A stretch of 64,000 nt of DNA from Salinivenus sp. (GCA_018609755.1 JAHENZ010000260.1:11672-75671); one strand, 5' to 3'. Numbered from the stretch's first letter, positions 18,317 through 28,790 are shown. Numbers and translations: made by a program. The notes: a model not told the origin generated them from the sequence alone.

Positions 18317-19510
18317 CTACGTCGCTCGGTCCAGAGCCCGCCGGAGATCGGCTTCCAAATTGTCTACGGTCTCGACCCCGACGCTGAGACGAATGAGCGA
18401 GTCGGTCAGACCAATTTTTTCTCGCTCTTCGGCCGGGATGGAGGCGTGGGTCATGGACGCAGGGTGTTCAATCAGGCTCTCCACGCCCCCGAGACTTTCG
18501 GCGAGCGTGAAGACCTCCACCTCTTCAAGGATCGTCGTCGCCGTCGCCATGTCGTCGTCGACGAGCTCGAACGAAATCATGCCCCCGAAGTCGCTCATCT
18601 GCCGGGTGGCCAGATCGTGGTTCGGATGAGACGAGAGTCCCGGGTACCGCACCCGCCCGACCGCGGAATGGTCATCGAGCATGGTGGCCAGGCGGCGCGC
18701 ATTCTCGCAATGACGCTCCATGCGCAGGTGAAGCGTTTTGGTGCCGCGGAGGGTGAGGAAGCAATCCATCGGGCCGGGCGAGGCCCCCGTACTCTTGATC
18801 TGAAAGCGGAGCCGCTCGGCCCACTCGTCGTCATTCGTGCAAACGGCGCCGAGGATGAGGTCGGAGTGGCCCCCCAGGTACTTCGTCGCGGAATGTAAGA
18901 CGAGGTCGGCCCCCAATTCCAGCGGTTGCTGGAGGAACGGCGTGGCAAACGTGTTATCTACCGCCACGTCTACGTCGTGAGCGTGGGCCCGTTCGCAAAG
19001 CGCGGCCACGTCCACGACACGCATAAGTGGATTTGTGGGCGTCTCCACCCACAACAGCTTCGTGTCGTCCGTCAGGGCCGCTTCGACCCGGTCGGGATCT
19101 TGCATGTCCACGAACGACGTGGTGATGTTGAGCGGAGCAAAGACCTGCTCCATGAGCCGGTGCGTCCCGCCGTAGAGATCGTCCGTGGCCACGACGTGAT
19201 CCCCGGGACGAAGACTCTTCATGATGGCGTCGATGCCCGCCACGCCCGAGCTGAAGGCAATCCCGTGTTCGGCGTTTTCGAGGCTCGCGAGATTTCCCTC
19301 CAGTGCCGTTCGGGTTGGATTGGAGACGCGAGAATACTCGTATCCTTTGTGCTTGCCCGGCGCCTCCTGCGCGTAGGTAGAGGTCTGATAGATCGGGGTC
19401 ATGACTGCGCCGCTGGCCGGATCGGGAGACTGGCCCGCATGGACGGCGCGCGTACCAAATCCCGAGTGCAGATCCGCAAGAGTGATCGACGAATGGTCTG
19501 GATTGGACAT
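18317..19510 (-). CDS. Cystathionine gamma-lyase/gamma-synthase family PLP enzyme
   Basis: [60 protein letters not shown]. Confidence 0.93.
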   Translation of the reverse strand: MSNPDHSSITLADLHSGFGTRAVHAGQSPDPASGAVMTPIYQTSTYAQEAPGKHKGYEYSRVSNPTRTALEGNLASLENAEHGIAFSSGVAGIDAIMKSLRPGDHVVATDDLYGGTHRLMEQVFAPLNITTSFVDMQDPDRVEAALTDDTKLLWVETPTNPLMRVVDVAALCERAHAHDVDVAVDNTFATPFLQQPLELGADLVLHSATKYLGGHSDLILGAVCTNDDEWAERLRFQIKSTGASPGPMDCFLTLRGTKTLHLRMERHCENARRLATMLDDHSAVGRVRYPGLSSHPNHDLATRQMSDFGGMISFELVDDDMATATTILEEVEVFTLAESLGGVESLIEHPASMTHASIPAEEREKIGLTDSLIRLSVGVETVDNLEADLRRALDRAT

Positions 19511-19567
19511 TCCTATGGATCGTGTCGGTGACTGACGATGCGAAAAGCAACGGTCCCCCGCGCCCTC

Positions 19568-19608
19568 AAAAACGAGAGCCCGAGTCCCCTGAACGGAGAC
19601 CCGGGCTC
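19568..19608 (-). terminator. Terminator downstream of TPR lipoprotein gene
   Basis: On the minus strand: GAGCCCGGGTC...GACTCGGGCTC hairpin followed by TCGTTTTT. Confidence 0.6.
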
Positions 19609-19654
19609 GTCGGTAGGGTCGAAATGAATGAACCGTCGTCCAAAAAATTCTCAG

Positions 19655-21229
19655 TTAGTTCCCGTTCCCTCCCTGTTCGGCTTCTCCTTTGCGCTGCACG
19701 TTTAGTCCCGCACACTCTTCGAGCGCCTGTGCTTTCGCGGTCTGCTCGATCTGTACGTAGGCCGTTACGAGGGCCGTGCAGGCGTCTTGTCGGAAAGAGC
19801 CGTCGGAATCGGACATCTGACGGGCACGTTCGAGCGGCGGAATGGCCTGCCGGAAGAGTTCACGCTTCCGTTCCTCCAGCTCCTGAATCTGACTGTCGAG
19901 TTCATTCACCATCTGTTCCTCTTCCGCGGTGGGTTCACGGTTCTCCTCCATCGCCGCCTGGCTGATGGCCTGCAGCGAGTCATTGAGAGTCGTCAGGCTA
20001 TCCTGCACTTGGCGGGCCTTGTTCGAGTAGGCCGCTCCAAGGTTGTACTGCGCCTTCACGTTTCCGGGCTCCAGCTCCACGGCCTTCTGAAGCTGCTCAA
20101 TCGCCTGGTCGAAGCGATCCGACTGTAGCAGCAAGGAGCCGTAATTGTAGCGGTAGGTCACGTTTTCCGGATTCCGCTCAATCTGCTCCTGATAGGCCTG
20201 CATGGCCTTCTCGGTGCGCCCCGCCTGGTTGTAGGCGTTGAGCAGTCGCCCCTCCATCTGAGCAAGCGGCGTTGCGTCCTGCAGGTTCGTGGAAAGAGAC
20301 GCACTCCCGGACTGGATGAGGGTGTCTGCCACTGTCGAGCCTTGATAATAAAGACTGACGCGGAGTTGTCCCTTCTCCTGGGTCTTCTGGAACGTTCCGG
20401 ATACCTGCCCCTCCGCCTCAATCGTCACCTCGTCGGGGGTCGTCCCTTCCACGCTTCGGGAGGACCCATCGACCTGAATCTTTCCGGAGTAGTTGAGTCC
20501 CCGCGACCCACCGAACTGAAAGTAGGTGGGCCGCTGCGACAGATCGTCGATCGCCGACTCCAGCAGCTCGATTGCATCTTCCGTTCGCTGGTTCTGGAGA
20601 TACAACGCGCTGAGAATGTCGTACGCGTTTTTCTGGGGCCGTTCGGCCGTCTCGAGGTACCGCTCCAGAACGGGAATGGCCCCGCTCATTTCGCCCCCCT
20701 CTTTGTTCTGCGCCAGGTTCAGCAACGCGTAGGCCTGGTTCAGAATGACGCTGGCCGAGTCCGGATAGGTGGCAGACGCCGCCCCAAAGTGCGCGGCGGC
20801 CTGGCGGTAGTCGGTCGTGTCGGAGGAGCGGCGCGCCCGTTGGAATGCCTTGGCTCCCCTCTGGGACTGCTGTGCAAAGGTTAGCGTGCGCTGCCCTTCG
20901 ACCTCGCTGCGAGCGCCCGGATCAAACTTGATCGCCGTCTCCTCCGCCTCCCGTGCACGCCTATATAGATCGGCGTACTTCTCGGGAGCCATTGTGCTGT
21001 CGGCCATCTGGCGATACACCTGTGCCTTCATTAGGCGCGCGTCCACGTTCGCCGAGTCTGCAATGAGGGCCGAGTCGATGTTCGTCAAAGCCCTTTCATA
21101 ATCCTGCTGCTCCATGGCATTTTCAGCCTCGCTCATGTAGGGATTCCCGGCGGAGCATCCCGAGAACACAGCAAGGGCAAAGACGCCTACGAAGAGAGAA
21201 AGAAACGCTGGTCGTCGGATCGTCATCAT
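19655..21229 (-). CDS. TPR-repeat lipoprotein
   Basis: Lipobox FSGC; TPR units such as YRYNYGSLLLQSDRFDQAIEQLQKAVELEPGNVKAQYNLGAAY. Confidence 0.85.
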   Translation of the reverse strand: MMTIRRPAFLSLFVGVFALAVFSGCSAGNPYMSEAENAMEQQDYERALTNIDSALIADSANVDARLMKAQVYRQMADSTMAPEKYADLYRRAREAEETAIKFDPGARSEVEGQRTLTFAQQSQRGAKAFQRARRSSDTTDYRQAAAHFGAASATYPDSASVILNQAYALLNLAQNKEGGEMSGAIPVLERYLETAERPQKNAYDILSALYLQNQRTEDAIELLESAIDDLSQRPTYFQFGGSRGLNYSGKIQVDGSSRSVEGTTPDEVTIEAEGQVSGTFQKTQEKGQLRVSLYYQGSTVADTLIQSGSASLSTNLQDATPLAQMEGRLLNAYNQAGRTEKAMQAYQEQIERNPENVTYRYNYGSLLLQSDRFDQAIEQLQKAVELEPGNVKAQYNLGAAYSNKARQVQDSLTTLNDSLQAISQAAMEENREPTAEEEQMVNELDSQIQELEERKRELFRQAIPPLERARQMSDSDGSFRQDACTALVTAYVQIEQTAKAQALEECAGLNVQRKGEAEQGGNGN

Positions 21230-21485
21230 GGTACGGTCTATTCCGGAACGGACTTACTCAAGTGAATGTGGGGCGGCCCCGCAGGCAGAATGCTAATGTA
21301 GCTCGGTGTTGAAGCCTGCAAGGTGAGTGTTTGTTTAAAGTATGGTCCAGAGGAAATCTAATGCAACACGACTTCCGTCATACCTCCATGAACTCCGGAG
21401 ATTCCGGGTCTATTGCTCCATTCGAGCAGAGAAGCACGGGTGTCGGGGACGGCTCCGGGCGTCTTTCCCTTCCTAGCCGGCCTGC

Positions 21486-22715
21486 TTATTGACGGTTGGC
21501 ACTCGAAAGGCCCGTGCAGCCTTCCATCTGGGCTGCCCTATGGGGGCGCTGTGTCTGGACATACGCCACCAGTAGAGCCCGACACGCCTCCTGCTCTGTC
21601 CGCGTTTGGGCCGTCATCTTGCGGGCCCGCTCCAGTGGAGGAACCGCCTTTTCAAAGAACGCCTGTCGCCGCTGACGGAGACTCTCAAGGCGCTCTTCTG
21701 GTGAGGAGTCCCCATCGACGTCTTCTGTGGAGAATTCTCCCGCTTCCATCTGCTCCTGAAGCGTTGAGATGCTATCGTCCCTCGCCAATGCCGCGTTCAG
21801 GTACGCTGCCCCTAAATTATACTGGCTCTCTGCATGGGCCGGACGGAGTTCGACGGCCTTCTCAAGCTCACGAATGGCATCGGAGTACCGGGCAGCCTTC
21901 AGGAGCAGGGAACCGTAATTGTATCGATAGCTCGGCTGCTGTGGATTCTGCTCAATTTGCTCCCGATACGCCAACAGCGCCTCATCCACACGTCCAGACT
22001 GGTTGTACGCCTTCAGCCGAAGCGTCTGTAAGGCCTGATCGGTCGGATGAAACAGAGTTGCCTGATCCAACAGCTCGATCGCCTCGTCGTACTGCCCAGT
22101 CGATAGATACAACTGCCCCAGGATCTTACCCGCCTCCAATGCGGTCGTGTCGGCCCGATCGACGTACTCTTCAAAAACCGGTATGACCTCCGACTGCTGG
22201 TCTACACGCAACCGCGCGAACGCCTCGTTCAACACCGGCCGTGCCGAATCGGGCTGCAGGAAGCCGGCCGCGCCGAAAAACGAAATCGCTTGTCGGTAAA
22301 GGGCTTCCCGCTCGTACTTGTTTGCCCGATTGTACGCCTTCTCTCCCCGCTCCATCTCACGGCGGAACAGCTCTTCACGCCGAGACTGAATTTTATTTTC
22401 TCGGCGAGGCCGATACGCAATCACGCTGTCTTCAGCTGCCTGTGCCCGCCGGTACAGATCGATATACTCATCCGACGCCATGTTGCTATCGGCCATCTGC
22501 CGGAGCAAACTGGCTTTCTTCTGGTACGCCTCCACATTCGCGGAATCCTGTGCAATCGCCTCGTCCAAGCGTGCGAGCGCCGACTGGTAGTCTCCCTCTT
22601 CTTGCGCCGACTCCGCTTCCCCTATCTCCGGGCTACTGGCACACCCTGTAATCAGGGCCGCAACAATACTGGCAACGAAAATTGATGCGAGGAAGGGAAG
22701 ACGCTTCGAGATCAT
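21486..22715 (-). CDS. TPR-repeat lipoprotein, paralog of 19655-21229
   Basis: Lipobox ITGC; shares YRYNYGSLLL, QYNLGAAY, PPLERAR and AC.AL..AYVQ with its neighbour. Confidence 0.85.
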   Translation of the reverse strand: MISKRLPFLASIFVASIVAALITGCASSPEIGEAESAQEEGDYQSALARLDEAIAQDSANVEAYQKKASLLRQMADSNMASDEYIDLYRRAQAAEDSVIAYRPRRENKIQSRREELFRREMERGEKAYNRANKYEREALYRQAISFFGAAGFLQPDSARPVLNEAFARLRVDQQSEVIPVFEEYVDRADTTALEAGKILGQLYLSTGQYDEAIELLDQATLFHPTDQALQTLRLKAYNQSGRVDEALLAYREQIEQNPQQPSYRYNYGSLLLKAARYSDAIRELEKAVELRPAHAESQYNLGAAYLNAALARDDSISTLQEQMEAGEFSTEDVDGDSSPEERLESLRQRRQAFFEKAVPPLERARKMTAQTRTEQEACRALLVAYVQTQRPHRAAQMEGCTGLSSANRQ

Positions 22716-23064
22716 GAATCTGCAGTCTAGTAGAACGTGCGAGAGGAGGCCGAATGAGAGCCGAGTCGTGCTTAGAACCTGTTTTAACTGTTCGATTTCG
22801 CTATTACCGCACTCTTTTCTCCATCCATCGTGCCTGTGAAGAACGGAGGAGCATGGAAAAACTGGGTAGAGTAGACCGATCCGCCGTCGTCACGGGGCAT
22901 TCCTGCTTTCATCACGTGAAATCAAGACCGTCTCTAAGACTATTCCGTAGCCTCGATCAGTCATTCGCCCGCCGGTCTTACGAGAGTGGGTCCAACACGA
23001 TCCGCTCGGGCGTTGCCGAAAGATCAAACGTGGAGTTGCTTCCATCCAAGGAGAATCCGGGGCC

Positions 23065-23237
23065 TAGTGGGCTTGCACAACTGAATTGCCAGATATCGTC
23101 AACGGCGTAACGGGGGCTCCTCCGCCTCCTGCAGCCTGCGATGGGGGCCTAATCAGCTAGAAAGGCCCAAAAGGCTCAAGATTCGACTGACGACGAGAAA
23201 GGGTCGCACTTGTCAGAGTAGTTGTGCAAGGTCACTA
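23065..23237. mobile_element. MITE-like element, copy 2 (173 bp; same termini, different interior)
   Basis: Begins TAGTGGGCTTGCACAACTGAA and ends CAGAGTAGTTGTGCAAGGTCACTA. Confidence 0.7.
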
Positions 23238-23489
23238 ATCTTTGCAACTGCCAGAGGAAAAATCCTCTTGAGAGTAGCAAATCGAGCTCCCTTTTGGAAT
23301 CCACGCCTTCCCACGAATCGGAACTCTTGTCCCCCCGTCTGTCCTTGGAGGATGTCCAATCGGACAGTCTACACTGGACGTTTAGGCACTTTCTGACCGT
23401 GCACGCGTGTACGACCTCTGTGATTCGGTCGTCCCATTGGGTCTCTCCCCGACCCCGGCACATTTACCCACAAACCGGTTCCAGCCACC

Positions 23490-24500
23490 ATGGAAGCCCC
23501 CGAGTCTCGTCAAGACCTCGATCTCATTCCGCCCACCCTCCAAACGCTTCTGAACGGGAGCCTCGACTACGCTGGGCTTTTCCCGCCCGCAGAGCTCTCT
23601 CTGCGACGGGCGTTACAGGAGTACTCGGACTATCGGGACGAGCCAGAGGCGTGGATGCTGTCTCGATTCGTGTTGCCCGTCCGACGTCTCCCGGACCTGG
23701 TCCCCTTCCGGCAGTTCTTCTCGAAGGGGGCTCCGTACCGCTTCTCGGTGCTCGGCACAGGAGGCCAGGACCCCGACGCCTTCCTGGAAGCGCTTGATCG
23801 CGATCTGGACGTGATCGACGATTTCGACGAGGAGTATGAGAGCCGAACGCACGTCGACGTGATGGAGGTGCCCCTGCCCAACGCCCTCATTGGAAGCCGC
23901 CAGCAGGAGGTTGAGGCATTCCTCGACGCCGTCAGTCAACGACTGATTCAGACGGGCACTGCAAAACTCGACTTTTTCTTCGAGCTCCCGATGCACGAGG
24001 AATCGGTCAACGGCCTTCCCGCTGTATGCGCCGCCCTCTCTGAACATAACAGCCAACAGGCCATCCCGCCCCGCTCCATCATGGGGCTCAAGCTACGCTG
24101 CGGCGGAACTCAGCCTAGCGACGTGCCATCTCCCGCGGCCGTCGCTTCGCTCATCGTACGGGCCCGGGACGCCGGCATTCCGTTTAAGGCAACGGCCGGC
24201 CTCCACCATCCCATCCGCCACTATGACGACGGCCTCGATACCGAGATGCACGGCTTCATTAATCTCTTTGCAGCCGCCGTCTTCGCCGCCGAGCACCAGC
24301 TTAATGCGGAGGAAGTGGAAGCCATTCTGCGCGAAGAAACGTCAAACAATTTCCGGTTCGAAAAGGACGTTTTTTCCTGGCGAAATTTGAGCGTGTCTCT
24401 CGACGGGATTCGACATGCTCGCAATCATCTGGCCCTCTCTTTTGGCAGCTGTAGCTTTGAGGAGCCGGTGGACCACCTGCGCGACCTTGACCTGCTTTAA
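23490..24500 (+). CDS. Conserved hypothetical protein upstream of fumarylacetoacetase
   Basis: LDYAGLFPPA, KLRCGG, FKATAGLHHPIRH, MHGFINL and SFGSCSF.EP motifs; I recognise this as an uncharacterised family often found beside fahA. Confidence 0.8.
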   Translation: MEAPESRQDLDLIPPTLQTLLNGSLDYAGLFPPAELSLRRALQEYSDYRDEPEAWMLSRFVLPVRRLPDLVPFRQFFSKGAPYRFSVLGTGGQDPDAFLEALDRDLDVIDDFDEEYESRTHVDVMEVPLPNALIGSRQQEVEAFLDAVSQRLIQTGTAKLDFFFELPMHEESVNGLPAVCAALSEHNSQQAIPPRSIMGLKLRCGGTQPSDVPSPAAVASLIVRARDAGIPFKATAGLHHPIRHYDDGLDTEMHGFINLFAAAVFAAEHQLNAEEVEAILREETSNNFRFEKDVFSWRNLSVSLDGIRHARNHLALSFGSCSFEEPVDHLRDLDLL

Positions 24501-24556
24501 TGATTTCGGAGTGTACCTCTTCTCAGGCTTTCTCACCTCCCGATCTTCGCTGCCCA

Positions 24557-25846
24557 ATGCCCGACCCGACCACAGATCCGTCGTTCAACTCCTTTCTGGA
24601 CGTGGCTCCGGAACACCCGTTTCCCATCCAGAATCTGCCCTATGGTGTGTTCACGCCTCCCGAGGATTCAACGCCGCGCGTAGGAGTGGCGATCGGCGAC
24701 CACGTACTTGACCTCGCTATACTCACAGAGAATGACTTCTTCTCCGAGCCTCAAATTCAACAGGAGCGGCCGTTTGCAGCATCGTCGCTGAATGGATTCA
24801 TGGCACTGGGGTCACCGGTCTGGACGACGGTGCGTGAGCGCGTCCACACGCTCTTGCGGGCTGATACCGCCCCCCTCCGGGACGCTCCTTCCCTGCAATC
24901 TCAGGTGCTGCACGACCGGGCAAAGGTCACGATGCACCTGCCGGTGGAGGTTGGGGACTACACGGATTTTTACTCGTCGGAGCATCACGCGAGAAACGTG
25001 GGGACGATGTTTCGCAGTGCTGAAAATGCGCTCCAGCCCAACTGGAAACACCTGCCGGTGGGCTATCACGGACGGGCCAGCAGCATTATCCCGAGTGGTA
25101 CGGACGTCCGCCGCCCCTGTGGTCAGACGCGTCCGAACGACGACGAACCGCCCGTTTACGGCCCCAGCCAACTCCTCGACTTCGAGCTCGAAATGGGATT
25201 TTTTACCGGTCCCGGCAATCCGCGCGAGACGCCCATTCCAATCGAGGAAACACCCGAGCACATCTTCGGCTTCTGCCTCGTCAACGACTGGAGCGCGCGT
25301 GACATCCAGGGCTGGGAGTACGTTCCCCTCGGGCCGTTCCTGGGCAAGAGCTTCGCCACCACGATTTCGCCCTGGGTGGTGCCGATGACGGCGCTGCAGC
25401 CCTTCCGCGTGCCGAGCCCCAAGCAGGAGCCAGCCCCCCTTCCGTACCTCCAACAGGAGGGCAATTGGGCGTTCGACGTGGACCTAGAGGTGGACCTGCA
25501 AACGGAAGGCATGACGGCCCCGACGACGATCTGCCGGAGTAATTTCCGACACATGTACTGGACGGTCTGCCAGCAGCTCGCCCATCACACCGTCAACGGA
25601 TGCAACACCCGCCCGGGCGACCTTCTCGCGTCCGGCACGCTCAGCGGCCCCACGGAAGACAGCTACGGCAGTATGCTAGAGCTCTCTTGGCGCGGTCAGG
25701 ACCCGATCGATTTGCCGGGCGATGACACCCGCTCGTTTCTTGAGAACGGTGATCGTGTCGTGCTGCGCGGCGCTGCAAAGGGAGACGGCTACCGCGTCGG
25801 CTTCGGCACCGCAGAGGGCACGATCCGCCCGGCCTCCTGTGCATAA
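24557..25846 (+). CDS. fahA: Fumarylacetoacetase
   Basis: FPIQNLPYGVF, GDYTDFYSSEHHARNVG, HLPVGYHGRASS, LDFELE, NDWSARDIQGWEYVPLGPFLGKSF, GDLLASGT. Confidence 0.96.
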   Translation: MPDPTTDPSFNSFLDVAPEHPFPIQNLPYGVFTPPEDSTPRVGVAIGDHVLDLAILTENDFFSEPQIQQERPFAASSLNGFMALGSPVWTTVRERVHTLLRADTAPLRDAPSLQSQVLHDRAKVTMHLPVEVGDYTDFYSSEHHARNVGTMFRSAENALQPNWKHLPVGYHGRASSIIPSGTDVRRPCGQTRPNDDEPPVYGPSQLLDFELEMGFFTGPGNPRETPIPIEETPEHIFGFCLVNDWSARDIQGWEYVPLGPFLGKSFATTISPWVVPMTALQPFRVPSPKQEPAPLPYLQQEGNWAFDVDLEVDLQTEGMTAPTTICRSNFRHMYWTVCQQLAHHTVNGCNTRPGDLLASGTLSGPTEDSYGSMLELSWRGQDPIDLPGDDTRSFLENGDRVVLRGAAKGDGYRVGFGTAEGTIRPASCA

Positions 25847-26123
25847 ACGCAAAAGGTGTCATGCCCAGCCTGCCGCTTTTACATGCAGCTTCGGCCCCTT
25901 CACGTGTGGAATTGACGCTCTGTCAGCCCCCCTGCCGCTCCGTCGTTCCGAGTCGTCATCCCGTCGGATTTTCCCGTCGTTATGGCAGTATATTTATGAA
26001 AGTGTTTGGTGTGGTATAGGGGTTGCATGGAGGAATGGATGAATTGCCAACGATGGAGAGGATGGCTAAGGGCCACGTGCCTCTCCGACTCACTACCTGT
26101 TGAATCAACATCCATTCGCACCC

Positions 26124-26579
26124 ATGACGAGCTTGAGCCGCACCCGCAACCGAAACCGAAATCTGAACGACCTCCAGCGCGAAATTGACCGCGTGTTCGG
26201 TCGCTTCTTCCCCTCCTCCACCGAGCGCGACGGCGATTCTTCCTCCCAGCAGGCCGTCTGGGCCCCCCGCACGGACCTCGTCGAGACGGAGGATACCTAC
26301 CGCATCCACCTTGACGTGCCGGGCGTAAGCAAGGAGGACCTGACGATCAACTATCAGGACAACCAGCTCAGCGTGAGTGGGGAGCGCACGAGCGACCGCA
26401 CGGACGAGAACGAGGAATACGTTCGCGTCGAGCGCGCCTTCGGCCACTTCTACCGCTCGTTCACGCTGCCTCAAACGGTGAACGCGGAGAACATTGAGGC
26501 TGCCTACGAGAACGGCGTCCTTACGATCACGGTGCCGAAGACGGAAGACGTAAAGCCGCGTCAGATTGAGATCCAGTAG
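26124..26579 (+). CDS. Hsp20/alpha-crystallin small heat shock protein
   Basis: WAPRTDLVET, DVPGVSKEDL, RVERAFGHFYRSFTLP, AAYENGVLTITVPK. Confidence 0.95.
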   Translation: MTSLSRTRNRNRNLNDLQREIDRVFGRFFPSSTERDGDSSSQQAVWAPRTDLVETEDTYRIHLDVPGVSKEDLTINYQDNQLSVSGERTSDRTDENEEYVRVERAFGHFYRSFTLPQTVNAENIEAAYENGVLTITVPKTEDVKPRQIEIQ

Positions 26580-26637
26580 CATCACTCTCGTGACGCTGGT
26601 GTCCCCCGTGACGTGCGTGCGCGGGGGTGTCGATGCG

Positions 26638-26675
26638 AGCCCCTGGTCGGCCTTTTGCCGATCAGGGGCTTTTTC
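26638..26675 (+). terminator. Terminator after hsp20
   Basis: AGCCCCTGGTCGGC-CTTTT-GCCGATCAGGGGCT followed by TTTT. Confidence 0.8.
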
Positions 26676-26801
26676 GTTGCCCCCAGAGACACTCCAAGAA
26701 AATGATCAACATCCCGTAAATATCGCATACCGTGGCTTGAATCAACCCTTTCCTCCACATAAACTGCCGCGCGATTGTATTTAAAAATACTGCCACTCTT
26801 C

Positions 26802-28730
26802 ATGTCGTCTATTCGATTCTCACTTTACAGCCCCTTTCGGCCTCTTCAGGGTGCACTTGCGTTTGGCATCATTCTCAGCCTGGCTCTTTCAACTCCTTTG
26901 AAAGCGCAAGTCGGCAATCAACAGAAACTCAGTGATGCGTCTGGCAGTGTTCTGCCTCTCGAGAATGAGGATATTTTCGGCAGGTCGACAGTCTCTCTTG
27001 GGGACCTCGACGGAGACGGCCAAACCAACGTCGCCATCGGTGCTGCCCTTGACGACGACGGCGGTACCGATCGAGGCGCGGTGTACGTTCTCGACCTTCG
27101 TTCCGACGGCACCATTGCCGACAGGCAAACCATCAGCGACACGAAGGGGGACTTCTCCGGCTCGCTCGATAATGGGGACCGCTTCGGACAATCGCTCGCG
27201 ATGCTTGGCGACGTTGACGGCGATGGGCATCCGAGCCTCGCCGTCGGCGCTCTCGCCAGTTCCGACATAAATGATCCCGGCTCGGTTTGGATTCTGGAGC
27301 TCAACGACGACGGAACCGTACGTAACCAGCAGCAGATTGCCGAAAACACCGGTGGGTTTGGAGGCTCTCTCTCCGGGACCGATAAATTCGGAAGCGGAGT
27401 GGCCTCCCTCGGCGACCTGGATGCGGACGGAAATTCCGATCTTGCAATTGGTGCCCGTGCTACCAGCGACGGCGGACTAAAGCGAGGAGCCGTTTGGATC
27501 GTCGACCTCAAGAGCGACGGCACCGTCGCCGACGAGCAGAAGATCAGTGATACGGATGGGAACTTCGGCGGTCAACTCGACAATGAAGACAAATTCGGTT
27601 TTTCACTGGGATCGCTTGGAAACCTGGACAGTGACGACACACACGAACTCGTGGTTGGGACTGTGCTTGACGACGACGGTGGAGGAACGAATAGCAATCG
27701 CGGAGCCGTGTGGATTCTTTCCCTCAAAAGCGACGGTACCGTTGCCGACGAGCAGAAGATCAGCAGTACGGCCGGCAGCTTCGGCGGCTCGCTTTCTGAT
27801 GGAGACCGACTGGGAAACTCGCTAGCGCAGGCAGGAGACCTCAATTCGGACGGAGTATCCGACCTGATCGTCGGCGCAATAGGCACCGACGACGGCGGTA
27901 CTGATTTTGGGGCCGTCTGGGTATTGTATTTGAGCGCCGATGGAACGGTGGCCAACCAGCAGAAAATCAGCAGTACCAATGGAGGGTTCGACGGGTCCTT
28001 GGGAACCGATGCCCGATTTGGAGGAGCATCCACGCTGTTGGGCGATCTGGATGGAAACGGCGTGGATGACTTCATCGTGGGTGCCCAACGTGCCGACGGC
28101 GGCGGCACGGATCGAGGCGTCGCTTGGGTCTTGTTTGGCGAACAGTCACTTCTCCCGGTCGAATTTGCTGGTTTCAACGCTCACAGTAAAGGCAAATCCG
28201 TCCAGCTGACCTGGAACACTACCTCAGAAGTCAACAACACTGGGTTTGAGGTCGAGCGTCGTGTTGATCAGACTTGGACGTCCATTGGCTTCGTTCCGAG
28301 CAACACGTCTGGGGACGCCACTGCAACCCCTCAGTCCTATCAATTCCAGGACACGAATGTCCCGTTTTCTGCCTCTCGTGTGTCGTATCGTTTGAAACAG
28401 GTCGATACCGACGGGACAACGTCCTACTCGGAGGTACGAGTCGTGGAGCGCTCCTCTCCAGAGCAGGCGGATCTGGGCGCCCCAACTCCCAATCCAGTCC
28501 GGTCTTCTGCTACTATACCAGTGACCGTACCGGAAGATGCCCGGAACGCTCATCTTACAGTCTTCGACGTGCTCGGGCGTCAGGTCCACCGAGTGTCTCT
28601 GTCAGACGTGGAACGAAAGACAGTGACACTTGACACATCCACTCTGTCGAACGGCAGCTACTTCTTGAGACTCACCGTGGACGGAACGACTCAGAATGTC
28701 GAGTCCGAGCAACTGAACGTCTTGCATTAG
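26802..28730 (+). CDS. Secreted FG-GAP (integrin-like) repeat protein with T9SS C-terminal sorting domain
   Basis: Signal peptide and six ~60-aa FG..GDLDGDG..D.AIGA..GAVW repeats. These are followed by LPVEF..F.A...V.LTW.T.SE.NN.GFEVER, a YRLKQVD module, and a CTD (PNPVRS..FDVLGR..LSNGSYFLRL). Confidence 0.88.
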   Translation: MSSIRFSLYSPFRPLQGALAFGIILSLALSTPLKAQVGNQQKLSDASGSVLPLENEDIFGRSTVSLGDLDGDGQTNVAIGAALDDDGGTDRGAVYVLDLRSDGTIADRQTISDTKGDFSGSLDNGDRFGQSLAMLGDVDGDGHPSLAVGALASSDINDPGSVWILELNDDGTVRNQQQIAENTGGFGGSLSGTDKFGSGVASLGDLDADGNSDLAIGARATSDGGLKRGAVWIVDLKSDGTVADEQKISDTDGNFGGQLDNEDKFGFSLGSLGNLDSDDTHELVVGTVLDDDGGGTNSNRGAVWILSLKSDGTVADEQKISSTAGSFGGSLSDGDRLGNSLAQAGDLNSDGVSDLIVGAIGTDDGGTDFGAVWVLYLSADGTVANQQKISSTNGGFDGSLGTDARFGGASTLLGDLDGNGVDDFIVGAQRADGGGTDRGVAWVLFGEQSLLPVEFAGFNAHSKGKSVQLTWNTTSEVNNTGFEVERRVDQTWTSIGFVPSNTSGDATATPQSYQFQDTNVPFSASRVSYRLKQVDTDGTTSYSEVRVVERSSPEQADLGAPTPNPVRSSATIPVTVPEDARNAHLTVFDVLGRQVHRVSLSDVERKTVTLDTSTLSNGSYFLRLTVDGTTQNVESEQLNVLH

Positions 28731-28754
28731 GAAGCCCGGAAATACGCTCTATCC

Positions 28755-28790
28755 GCCCCCGATCGGCCTCCGGCCGGTCGGGGGCATTTT
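28755..28790 (+). terminator. Terminator after FG-GAP gene
   Basis: GCCCCCGATCGGCC-TCC-GGCCGGTCGGGGGC followed by ATTTT. Confidence 0.75.

Noticed and set aside
19511-19654. Possible SAM riboswitch upstream of the cystathionine lyase
   Set aside because: No SAM-I/II consensus; the hairpin is explained as the upstream gene's terminator.
25850-26123. Possible CIRCE/heat-shock operator upstream of hsp20
   Set aside because: No TTAGCACTC-N9-GAGTGCTAA match found by eye.
26802-28130. DNA-level repeats such as CCGTCGCCGACGAGCAGAAGATCAG
   Set aside because: Explained by the FG-GAP protein repeats.
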